Below are positions 8,725 to 16,948 of a stretch of DNA of 50,431 nt, piece by piece; within the stretch, counting starts at the first letter, position 1; each line of letters opens with the position of its first letter. Position numbers and translations under genes: made by a program. The notes beneath the pieces were generated by a model. That model was not told where the DNA came from and searched no databases. It saw only the letters and a program-made list of their open reading frames with translations. Origin of the DNA: an uncultured Spirochaetaceae bacterium (GTDB lineage Bacteria; Spirochaetota; Spirochaetia; DSM-27196; SLST01); NCBI GenBank assembly GCA_964625715.1, contig CAZVEF010000004.1, positions 1 to 50,431 on the forward strand. Direction: 5' to 3'.

Positions 8725-10962
8725 GTGATCCGCCGCCTGCTCCTGCTCCTCGTTCCGACCGCGCTGGTGGTCACCCCGGTCGTTGCGAGATCGGCAACCA
8801 TCCTGTTTGACGCCAGCTTCAGTATGTCGCTGCCAGCCGCAGAATCGACCCGGTTCGAGGTCCTCGCTCGCGAATTGCGCGCGTGGATGCGATCCCAACC
8901 ACCGGAGACCCGATACTCGTTGCTCATCGCGGAGCACGGAGCGACACCGGTGCGCGAGTTGGCCTACCCGGCGACCGCCGAACAGGTCTCCTCCGCGCTC
9001 GACGAAATCGTGCCCTGGGGGGCGGTCGATCTGGGAGGCGCGATCGCTGAGGCCGGCCGCCTCGCCGCGTCGATCGTCGGCGAACGCGGCGGGCGCACCA
9101 CGCGCCTGGTCGTGGTCAGCGACGGCGAGGACCTCGCCGCGCTCACCGGCGACGAGTGGGACCCCATCCCGGAGAACGTTGCCCTCACCACCCTGCTGCT
9201 CCCGGCCCGGACCGCGACGGGCATCCACGGCGCTCTCGCGGCGATCGCCTCGCGCGGCGACCCTTCGGCGGCCGGCGACGCCGAGCCCGAAGAGACGGCT
9301 GCCGGCGGCGACGACGCGCCGTCCTACCGCACCTCTCCCGACGACGCCCCGAAGCGTCCAGCGCACGAGGACGTCCCCGCGCGCTCCACCGCCGGCCCGG
9401 CAGATCGGACGCGGGCGTCGCTTCTGCTTCGGTGGGCGCGTCCGGCGCGGTGGCTCTTTCTCGCTGGCGCCGCGCTCGGCTTCGTCGCGGTGTACAGGGC
9501 GGCGGCCAGGCACCGGCGGCGAGTCCGGGCGGTGCTCGACCACAACGAGCGGCCGCCGACGCTGCGCGTCGAAATCCGCGGACCGTCCGGACACGCAGAG
9601 ATGGCCATCAGCGAGTACCCGATAGCGCTCGGTGAAGGCGCCGCAAGCGCGCTCCACCACGACCTCGGGGACGCTTCGCCGGCCGTCCGCCTCGATCGCG
9701 CAGAGAACGAGATCGTTCTCACCGCTTCGGAGAAGGTCCGGGTCAACGGCGTGGGCCGAACCGAACACACGCTCGGCGAGGGGAACCTGATTCGTCTGGG
9801 AGCGGTACGCATCGTCGTCCGCGAACTGTCGCGACCGAAGCCGCTTCGCCCGCCGCGTCCCCGGCATCGGCTCTACCCGCTCGCCCCAGCGGCCTCGGCC
9901 GCGATCGCCGCGCTCGCCTTCGCGATTTCGACGCACGCCGAGCCGGCAGCGCCGTCCACCTCTGCCGAGGCGGCAGCGCCGCGCACCTCTGCCGAGGCCG
10001 CGCAGCAGGCAGCCGCGGTGGAACGCGAACGACCGATCGCTCCCACCGAATCCCCCGCGTCCACGACTCCCCGTCTCGTGCCCCCGGACGTCGTCGCACC
10101 CGGAGAGCCGGTGCCGGAGATGGACATCGACTACCTCGCAGTCCACGCCCACCCGGACGACGAGTCGCTCGATTTCGGCGGGCTCATCGCACGGATGAGC
10201 GCCGCCGGACTGCACGGCGCGGTTCTGCTGCTCACCGACGGAAACGCCGGGCTCGACCAGTATCCGTGGCGCGCTACCGATGCCACGTACCCCGCCCACG
10301 ACCTCGCCGACGACGCGCTGGCACGCGTGCGCATCGACGAGGCGCGCGAGGCGATCGGCTGGCTGGGCGCCGATCTCTACATTCGCTACGGCCTGCCGAA
10401 TCACCCCTACAGCTCGGTCGAGGAGGTACTCGAACCGCGCGAGGTCCTCGACCGATGGGGCGGCATCGACGAGCTGTCCGCGCGTCTACGCTCGATCATC
10501 GCGGCGCTCACCCCGCAAATCGTGATTGCCCCGGACGGGCCCGCCGGTCCGTCCGGACCGATCGAGCACTTCGAGCACGAGGCGACGGGCCTGCTCGTCG
10601 ACCGTGTCCTGGAAACGCTGCCGGACCGTTCGCCGGTCCGCCTCGTGCTCCGATCGGTCGATCCCTTGCAGACCGACGGCTACGATGAGCTCTCCGCGCT
10701 CGAACCGTACGAACCCGGCGCCGACGGCACGATCCCGCGGCTGCGGCAGATGTTCGCGTTGCGTGCCCACCGAACCCAGCGCGACGCGACGGTCATCGGC
10801 GTAGAGACGAGGCTGACCGTGCCCTGCGAGTACTATCGCCTCGAACCGCGCGTTCGCGATGCGCACACGCTCGCGAGCGCGCTCGGGCTCGCACGTGTTG
10901 ACCCGGAGGGAAGCCGACCGTACCCTATCCCGGAACGGAGGACCCATGAGCATAACCCGTGA
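8725..10962 (+). CDS. Multidomain membrane protein: signal peptide, VWA, TM, FHA-like, TM, PIG-L family deacetylase
   Basis: MIDAS motifs DASFS and VVSDGED; two hydrophobic helices; VRVNG....L.EGNLIRLG FHA-like tail; AHPDDE, LTDG, R..EA.EA and H..H PIG-L motifs. Confidence 0.75.
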   Translation: MIRRLLLLLVPTALVVTPVVARSATILFDASFSMSLPAAESTRFEVLARELRAWMRSQPPETRYSLLIAEHGATPVRELAYPATAEQVSSALDEIVPWGAVDLGGAIAEAGRLAASIVGERGGRTTRLVVVSDGEDLAALTGDEWDPIPENVALTTLLLPARTATGIHGALAAIASRGDPSAAGDAEPEETAAGGDDAPSYRTSPDDAPKRPAHEDVPARSTAGPADRTRASLLLRWARPARWLFLAGAALGFVAVYRAAARHRRRVRAVLDHNERPPTLRVEIRGPSGHAEMAISEYPIALGEGAASALHHDLGDASPAVRLDRAENEIVLTASEKVRVNGVGRTEHTLGEGNLIRLGAVRIVVRELSRPKPLRPPRPRHRLYPLAPAASAAIAALAFAISTHAEPAAPSTSAEAAAPRTSAEAAQQAAAVERERPIAPTESPASTTPRLVPPDVVAPGEPVPEMDIDYLAVHAHPDDESLDFGGLIARMSAAGLHGAVLLLTDGNAGLDQYPWRATDATYPAHDLADDALARVRIDEAREAIGWLGADLYIRYGLPNHPYSSVEEVLEPREVLDRWGGIDELSARLRSIIAALTPQIVIAPDGPAGPSGPIEHFEHEATGLLVDRVLETLPDRSPVRLVLRSVDPLQTDGYDELSALEPYEPGADGTIPRLRQMFALRAHRTQRDATVIGVETRLTVPCEYYRLEPRVRDAHTLASALGLARVDPEGSRPYPIPERRTHEHNP
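9944..9997 (+). repeat. 27-bp in-frame tandem duplication (25/27 identical) in an Ala/Pro linker
   Basis: cggcagcgccgtccacctctgccgagg followed by cggcagcgccgcgcacctctgccgagg. Confidence 0.85.
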
Positions 10963-12256
10963 GGCCGTCGAGGCGGCGCTCGCCACCATAATCGATCCGG
11001 ACCTCGGACGCAACATCGTCGAGCTCGGCTTCATCAAGCAGATCGACATATCCGACGGGCACGTGTCGCTTGAGATCGAGCTCACCACGCCCGCCTGCCC
11101 GGTGCGCGATCAATTCCGCTCGCAGGCGCAGTCGCTCGTCTCCCAGATCGAGGGCGTGAGCTCGGTGGATGTGCAACTGAGCAGCCGCCGACCGCAGCGC
11201 GCCAAGCGCGATGAGAAGAGCGGCCTCGAACACGTCGACAGCATCGTCGCCGTCGCCTCGGGCAAGGGCGGCGTGGGCAAGTCAACGGTCGCCTCGGCGG
11301 TCGCGATCGAGCTCGTCCGGCAGGGGTACCGCGTCGGTCTGCTCGACATGGACATCTACGGACCCTCGATCCCCACGCTCTTCGAGCACCACGACGTCGG
11401 TCTCACCGGAGACGAGAGCAATATGGTCGTGCCGGAGGAGTTCGACGGGCTGAAGGTGATGTCCTTCGGCTTCTGGCTGGGAACGGTTCCCGCGATCATG
11501 CGCGGTCCCATGGTCACGAACTACGTCCAGCAGTTCCTCCACCAGGTCAACTGGGGCGAGCTCGACTACCTCTTCCTCGACTTCCCGCCGGGGACCGGCG
11601 ATGTGCAGATCACGATCACGCAAAGCGTGGAGATGGACGGTGCGGTCATCGTCACGACACCGCACGTCCTCTCGGCCGCCGATGTGGGGCGTGCCATTCA
11701 GATGTTCGACAAGGTCACCGTACCCGTTCTCGGTGTCGTGGAGAACATGAGCTACTTCGTCGCTCCCGACACGGGGAAGCGGTACCACGTCTTCGGACAG
11801 GGTGCGGCCGAGCGCATCGGAACGCACTACGGACTGCCCATCCTCGGCCAGTTTCCCATCTCGCCCGAGGACTACGGGGGGCCGGCCACGCGCAGCCCGC
11901 GTTCGCAGCCGGTCCAGAAGGCGGTCGAAGCGATGGTGCGCCAGCTCGGTCGCAGCCGGGCCGGTCTGCAGCGCCCGGAGGTGAGCTACGACGAGCAGTC
12001 GGTCACCCTCCACTGGCCGGACGGCACCACGAGCACGGTCGACAATCGCACCCTGCGCGCAAGCTGCCAGTGCGCGCTCTGCGTGGACGAGTTCTCAGGA
12101 GAGCAGAAGCTCGACGTCGATTCGATCCCCGAGTCGATCCATCCGGAGACCGTGGATACGGTGGGCAACTACGCGCTCAGCATCGAGTGGAGCGACGGGC
12201 ACACGACCGGTTTCTTCCCGTACAGCCGCATTCGAGAGCTCGCCGGTGCGACGTAG
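10946..12256 (+). CDS. Mrp/ApbC/HCF101-type Fe-S cluster carrier P-loop NTPase with N-terminal DUF59 and C-terminal DUF971
   Basis: IDPDLGRNIVELG and LTTPACP (DUF59); ASGKGGVGKST, DFPPGTGD and VENMS (Mrp); CQCALC and VGNYAL.I.WSDGH.TG (DUF971). GGAGG SD. Confidence 0.9.
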   Translation: MSITREAVEAALATIIDPDLGRNIVELGFIKQIDISDGHVSLEIELTTPACPVRDQFRSQAQSLVSQIEGVSSVDVQLSSRRPQRAKRDEKSGLEHVDSIVAVASGKGGVGKSTVASAVAIELVRQGYRVGLLDMDIYGPSIPTLFEHHDVGLTGDESNMVVPEEFDGLKVMSFGFWLGTVPAIMRGPMVTNYVQQFLHQVNWGELDYLFLDFPPGTGDVQITITQSVEMDGAVIVTTPHVLSAADVGRAIQMFDKVTVPVLGVVENMSYFVAPDTGKRYHVFGQGAAERIGTHYGLPILGQFPISPEDYGGPATRSPRSQPVQKAVEAMVRQLGRSRAGLQRPEVSYDEQSVTLHWPDGTTSTVDNRTLRASCQCALCVDEFSGEQKLDVDSIPESIHPETVDTVGNYALSIEWSDGHTTGFFPYSRIRELAGAT

Positions 12257-12267
12257 CCGCGCCGCGC

Positions 12268-12296
12268 TTGCGCGCGCGGCGGGCGTGCGTTAGGAT
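12268..12296 (+). promoter_or_regulatory. Candidate sigma70 promoter TTGCGC-N17-TAGGAT just upstream of sppA
   Basis: The -10 element ends 8 nt before ATG 12305. Confidence 0.45.
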
Positions 12297-12304
12297 GCTC
12301 GACC

Positions 12305-13912
12305 ATGATTGCAGAGCTCACCCTTTCAGGCTCGTACCGCGATGCCGCGTATCAGGTCAAGTCGCTGATGCGAGTGTCGCGACGGCAGACCTTCCGGTTC
12401 GATCGTTTCTTCGCGCGTTGTCACGCGGTCCGATCGGACCGCAAGGTGACCCACGTCGTCGTCCATGTGAAGAGAGATTTCACCGCCGCGAGCGTGGCGG
12501 CGCTCGAAGAGATTCGCGGGGAGCTCGCCTCGCTCGTCTCTGCGGGAAAACAGCTCGTCTTCTACGCCACCGAGTACCACGACGAGCACCTCTACCTCGC
12601 ATCGGTATGTACCCGGCGCATCCTGCACCCGCTCGGGTCGCTGCGCTGTCGGGGGCTCGCGCGCACGAACCTGTTCTTCAAGCGCCTCGGCGATAAGCTC
12701 GGCGCCAACGTTCAGGTCGTCCGCCGCGGCGCCTACAAGAGCGCGATGGATCGTTTCCGCCTCGACGAGATCGACCCGGCGAACCTCGAACAGTACTCGC
12801 GCTGGCTCGAGGTCGGCGCGGCGGCCATGCACGACGCCACGTGCGCCGGATACCGAAAGCCGCGCGAGGAGCTCGACGAGTTGCTCGCCGGCCGACTGCT
12901 CAGCTCGAGCGAGGCGCTCGAGGCCGGATGGGTCGATCGGACCGTACCGCTCGACGCGCTGCGAGCCGAGTGGCGGGAAGAAAAACACAAGACGCGCACG
13001 GTAAAGGCCCGCGATCGCGTCGGTCGGGGCAAGCGCATCGCCGTGCTGTTCTTCGAGGGATCCATCGTCGAGGGAACGAGTTCGTACAACGCCGCGCTCG
13101 GTCAGATGATCGGCTCGGAGAGCTTCGTCCGGGAGGTCGACGCGCTGCGCAGGAACAACCGCGTCAAGGCCGTCGTGCTTCGCGTCAACTCCGGCGGAGG
13201 GTCCGCCGTCGCGAGCGAGGACATCCGCACCGCGCTCGTCCGGCTCGCCGAGAAGAAGCCGCTGGTCGTGTCGATGTCCGAAGTGGCGGGCTCCGGCGGC
13301 TACTGGATCGCGATGAGCGGTGCGACCGTCTTCGCGCTGCGAACGACGCTGACCGGCAGCATCGGCGTGATCAACCTCGCGCTCGACGTGGGCGACGCGC
13401 TCGCGAAGCGGGGCATTACGCACTCGACGATCCGTACACACGCGCACGCCGACGCCGGCGGCGTGTTCCGCAAGCTCGATCGGCATGAGCTCGAGCAGCT
13501 CGACCGACAGGTCGATGCGATCTACGAGCGGTTCCTCGCGCTGGTCGGTGAGTATCGCTCCATGTCCCGCGGCGATGTCGACGAGCGCGCGCAGGGCCGC
13601 GTCTGGGCCGGGCTCGACGCAGAGGCGCAGCGGCTCGTCGACCGCCTCGGGGGGCTCTCCGACGCGATCGCAGAAGCGCGCGCGCAGGCGGGTCTCTCTC
13701 GCGCGCGCATCGTGTTCCGCCCGCGCGTGAAGCATACTCTCGTCGAGCGGATGATCTACGCCCGCAGCGGGACCGCCGGGCTCGCCGGGGCCTTGCTCGG
13801 AGGAGTTCGTACGCTCGACCGGATCGCCGGACGTCCGCTGCTTCTCGAGCCGATCACGCTATTCGACCACCGGACGCTCGACGCGCTCAATGCAGATCTC
13901 GAGATCGAATAA
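12305..13912 (+). CDS. sppA: Signal peptide peptidase SppA (S49, long two-domain type)
   Basis: GAYKSA (catalytic Lys region), LRVNSGGGS, VAGSGGYWI (catalytic Ser), TGSIGV and AQGRVWAG. Confidence 0.88.
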   Translation: MIAELTLSGSYRDAAYQVKSLMRVSRRQTFRFDRFFARCHAVRSDRKVTHVVVHVKRDFTAASVAALEEIRGELASLVSAGKQLVFYATEYHDEHLYLASVCTRRILHPLGSLRCRGLARTNLFFKRLGDKLGANVQVVRRGAYKSAMDRFRLDEIDPANLEQYSRWLEVGAAAMHDATCAGYRKPREELDELLAGRLLSSSEALEAGWVDRTVPLDALRAEWREEKHKTRTVKARDRVGRGKRIAVLFFEGSIVEGTSSYNAALGQMIGSESFVREVDALRRNNRVKAVVLRVNSGGGSAVASEDIRTALVRLAEKKPLVVSMSEVAGSGGYWIAMSGATVFALRTTLTGSIGVINLALDVGDALAKRGITHSTIRTHAHADAGGVFRKLDRHELEQLDRQVDAIYERFLALVGEYRSMSRGDVDERAQGRVWAGLDAEAQRLVDRLGGLSDAIAEARAQAGLSRARIVFRPRVKHTLVERMIYARSGTAGLAGALLGGVRTLDRIAGRPLLLEPITLFDHRTLDALNADLEIE

Positions 13913-14116
13913 CCGATACCTGTCAATGTAGTCGACCGCACCCTCGGGAACGTCTCCGAGGTGCGCGTGGAAGCGCTGGATCGCGCGGTAGTGCGACGGA
14001 TTCATGACGACTCGCGTCGCCTCGCGTCCGTGCTCCTCGATCTCGCGGCGTTGGCGGTAGACGTCGAGGATCAGCTCCTCGGCGCGCATGCTGTCTGGAG
14101 CCGAATCGTCGGCCAC
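13859..14116 (-). CDS. Small hypothetical protein
   Basis: 85-aa ORF with normal globular composition and a G-rich SD-like element. Its 3' end overlaps sppA convergently. Confidence 0.6.
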   Translation of the reverse strand: MADDSAPDSMRAEELILDVYRQRREIEEHGREATRVVMNPSHYRAIQRFHAHLGDVPEGAVDYIDRYRLFDLEICIERVERPVVE

Positions 14117-14130
14117 GTCTACCCCCTGCC

Positions 14131-14158
14131 AGAAACGGCGCCCCCTCCGGGGCGCCGC
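14131..14158 (-). terminator. Intrinsic terminator downstream of the membrane PPase gene
   Basis: Minus strand GCGGCGCCCC-GGAG-GGGGCGCCGT-TTCT. Confidence 0.65.
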
Positions 14159-14174
14159 AGTATCATCCGGGCCG

Positions 14175-16343
14175 TCAGCCTCCGAAGAGCGACAACAGGT
14201 TGTACTTCTGGAAGATGCTTACCGCGATCAGCGAAACGACAGCCATGATCTTGATCAGGATGTCGAGCGAAGGGCCTACCGTATCCTTCAGCGGATCGCC
14301 GACCGTATCGCCGACGACCCCGGCTGCGTGGGCCTCCGAGCCCTTGCCGCCGTGGTGGCCGTTCTCGATGTACTTCTTGCCGTTGTCCCACGCCCCGCCG
14401 GAGTTCGCCGTGAACAGAGCGAGCATGATCGCCGACAGCGTCGTCCCGATCAACAGACCGCCGACAAACTCGGTTCCCAACGCGAAGCCGGTCACAAGCG
14501 GCGTGAGCACCGCGATCAGAGCCGGACCCTTCATCTCCGACAGCGAGCCCTGTGAGGAGATCTCGATGCAGAGGCGGTAGTCGGGGCGCGACTCGCCGGT
14601 GAGGATTTTCGGATCGGCCTTGAACTGCCGGCGCACCTCGTCGACCATCTTGCGCGCCGCCTTGGCGACCGCTTCGATCAGGATGCCTGAGAACAGATAC
14701 GGCAGCGCCGCACCGACGAGCCCGCCGGCAAGCGTCATCGGATTGATGATGTTGAGGACCAGCTCGAACATCCCCTCGGTATTCTCCGGGCCCGCCTGCG
14801 AGTAGAGGTACGAGGCGAACAGCGAGAGCGCTGCGAGCGCGGCCGATCCGATCGCGAATCCCTTGCCGATCGCAGCCGTGGTGTTTCCGACCGAGTCGAG
14901 CTCGTCGGTGATTTCGCGCACGTGCGGATCGAGCTCCGACATCTCGCTGATACCGCCGGCGTTGTCCGCGATGGGGCCGTAGGTGTCCACCGACACCGTG
15001 GCGACCACGAAGCTCAGCATACCGATCGCGGCCATGGCGACGCCGTAGAGCCCGGCGAGCGCGTTCGCCCCGATGACCGCGATTGCGAGCATGATGATCG
15101 GAAAGAAGGTCGACTTCATGCCGATCGCGAGGCCTTGCGTAATCGTCAGCGCGGTGCCCTGTCGGCTCGCCGCTGCGATGCCCTGGGTGGGACCGTAGTC
15201 GTAGCTCGTAAAGTACTCGGCGAGCTGACCGATGATGATCCCGCTCACGATACCGAGGATCGCGGCGAGCCACGGCGAGAGCGTGCCGGCGGTGAAGCCG
15301 AGAATCGGCGTGAAGGCCTCGTCACGGAAGACGACCCACGTCAGAACACCGTTGCCGATCAGGGTCAGCGCGGCGCTCGTCCACGTGGACACGTTGAGCT
15401 CGCGGTGCGGTTTGTCCGACGGCTTCTTCAGAAGCAGCGTCAGGATGCCGATGATACACGCGACCATGCCGATCGAGGCGAACATGATCGGGTAGTTGAT
15501 CAGCTTCGTGATCAGCGATTCGCTCATGGGCTCCGGCGCCGCCGTTGTCGTGTAGAACATGTACGCCGCGAGCACGACGCTCGAAATCAGCGACCCGACG
15601 TAGCTCTCGAGCAGGTCGGCGCCGAGCCCGGCGACGTCACCGACGTTGTCGCCCACGTTGTCGGCGATCGTCGCGGGGTTGCGGGGGTCGTCTTCCGGGA
15701 TATGGGCCTCGGTCTTTCCGACGAGGTCGGCGCCCATGTCGGCGGCCTTGGTGTAGATGCCGCCGCCGACACGGTCGAACATCGCGATGACCGAACAGCC
15801 GAGCGCGTACCCGGACACGGTCATGGTGAACGGGATGAAGTTGACCCCCAACCAGTTCTGGATGATGACCAGCTCGCCGATGTCCGTCTGCCCCAGGAGC
15901 ATACCGAACACGACGTAGATAATGCCCAACCCGAGCAGCGCGAACCCGCCGACCGCGAGTCCCATGACGCTGCCGCCGCGGAACGCGACCTGGAGCGTCT
16001 CTCCGAGGCTTCCGGTCTCCCGCGCACGGTTGGACACGCGCACGTTCGCGAGCGTGGCGATCTTCATGCCGATCCACCCCGCCGAGGCGCTCATCACTGC
16101 TCCCAGGATGAACGCGACCCCCGTGTACCACGAGACGACGACACCGAGCAGAATCGCGATGAGAACCGAGATCCCGAGTATCAGCTTGTACTCGTGACGG
16201 ATGAACGCGTCGGCTCCGTCCTGGATGGCGCCGGCGATCTCCTGCATCAGCGGAGTTCCGGTGTCCAAGCGCTTCACGCCGTAGAAGTTCACGGCGGCGA
16301 AGCTCAGCGCGCCTACTACTGCGACAACTAAAAATCCTAGCAT
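14175..16343 (-). CDS. hppA: Membrane-integral pyrophosphatase, K+-dependent, probably Na+-translocating
   Basis: GGIYTKAADMGADLVGK, EDDPRNPATIADNVGDNVGD, GNTTAAIGKG and GDTVGDPLKDT. Confidence 0.95.
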   Translation of the reverse strand: MLGFLVVAVVGALSFAAVNFYGVKRLDTGTPLMQEIAGAIQDGADAFIRHEYKLILGISVLIAILLGVVVSWYTGVAFILGAVMSASAGWIGMKIATLANVRVSNRARETGSLGETLQVAFRGGSVMGLAVGGFALLGLGIIYVVFGMLLGQTDIGELVIIQNWLGVNFIPFTMTVSGYALGCSVIAMFDRVGGGIYTKAADMGADLVGKTEAHIPEDDPRNPATIADNVGDNVGDVAGLGADLLESYVGSLISSVVLAAYMFYTTTAAPEPMSESLITKLINYPIMFASIGMVACIIGILTLLLKKPSDKPHRELNVSTWTSAALTLIGNGVLTWVVFRDEAFTPILGFTAGTLSPWLAAILGIVSGIIIGQLAEYFTSYDYGPTQGIAAASRQGTALTITQGLAIGMKSTFFPIIMLAIAVIGANALAGLYGVAMAAIGMLSFVVATVSVDTYGPIADNAGGISEMSELDPHVREITDELDSVGNTTAAIGKGFAIGSAALAALSLFASYLYSQAGPENTEGMFELVLNIINPMTLAGGLVGAALPYLFSGILIEAVAKAARKMVDEVRRQFKADPKILTGESRPDYRLCIEISSQGSLSEMKGPALIAVLTPLVTGFALGTEFVGGLLIGTTLSAIMLALFTANSGGAWDNGKKYIENGHHGGKGSEAHAAGVVGDTVGDPLKDTVGPSLDILIKIMAVVSLIAVSIFQKYNLLSLFGG

Positions 16344-16450
16344 AGTGGGCTTCCCTTTCGTTTGATTATCAGAGGCGAAATAGCCGTTGCGGCGTATAGT
16401 ACCATACATTGGTCCTGTACATCAATTCATCAGAACGAAAGGATTTTCCC

Positions 16451-16948
16451 GTGTCTGCATCGACTCACGAGTACGACTGGAGCAGCTTCGCGCCGACCGA
16501 ACGCGCGGTCATCGCCTTCGCCCGCCGGGACGGACATATTCTCCTGATCCACAAGAAGCGCGGGCTGGGCGCGGGCAAGATCAACGGCCCCGGAGGACGG
16601 ATCGAGCGGGGAGAATCGCCCGAAGAGGCGGCCGTCCGCGAGACCCGGGAGGAGGTGGGGCTTACCCTGCGAGATCCGGTGGAGGCAGCGACCCTCCATT
16701 TCGTCTTCCTCGACGGATACCGGCTGACGGTCTACGTATTCCTCTCCTACGATTTTGACGGCGTCCTCGTGGAAACCGACGAGGCGAAGCCGTTCTGGGT
16801 CCCCGACTCGGCGATACCCTACAAGGCGATGTGGGCCGACGACGCGCACTGGCTACCGGAGGTTCTCGACGGCCGTTACGTGGAGGGGCGCTTCGCATTC
16901 GACGGGGACTCGATGCTCTCTTCGAGCGTCGAGGTTCGCCCCCGGTAG
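16451..16948 (+). CDS. NUDIX hydrolase, MTH1/MutT-like 8-oxo-dGTP diphosphatase
   Basis: Nudix box GGRIERGESPEEAAVRETREEVG plus KKRGLGAGK and MWADD..WLP. GTG start after GAAAGGA. Confidence 0.88.
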   Translation: MSASTHEYDWSSFAPTERAVIAFARRDGHILLIHKKRGLGAGKINGPGGRIERGESPEEAAVRETREEVGLTLRDPVEAATLHFVFLDGYRLTVYVFLSYDFDGVLVETDEAKPFWVPDSAIPYKAMWADDAHWLPEVLDGRYVEGRFAFDGDSMLSSSVEVRPR

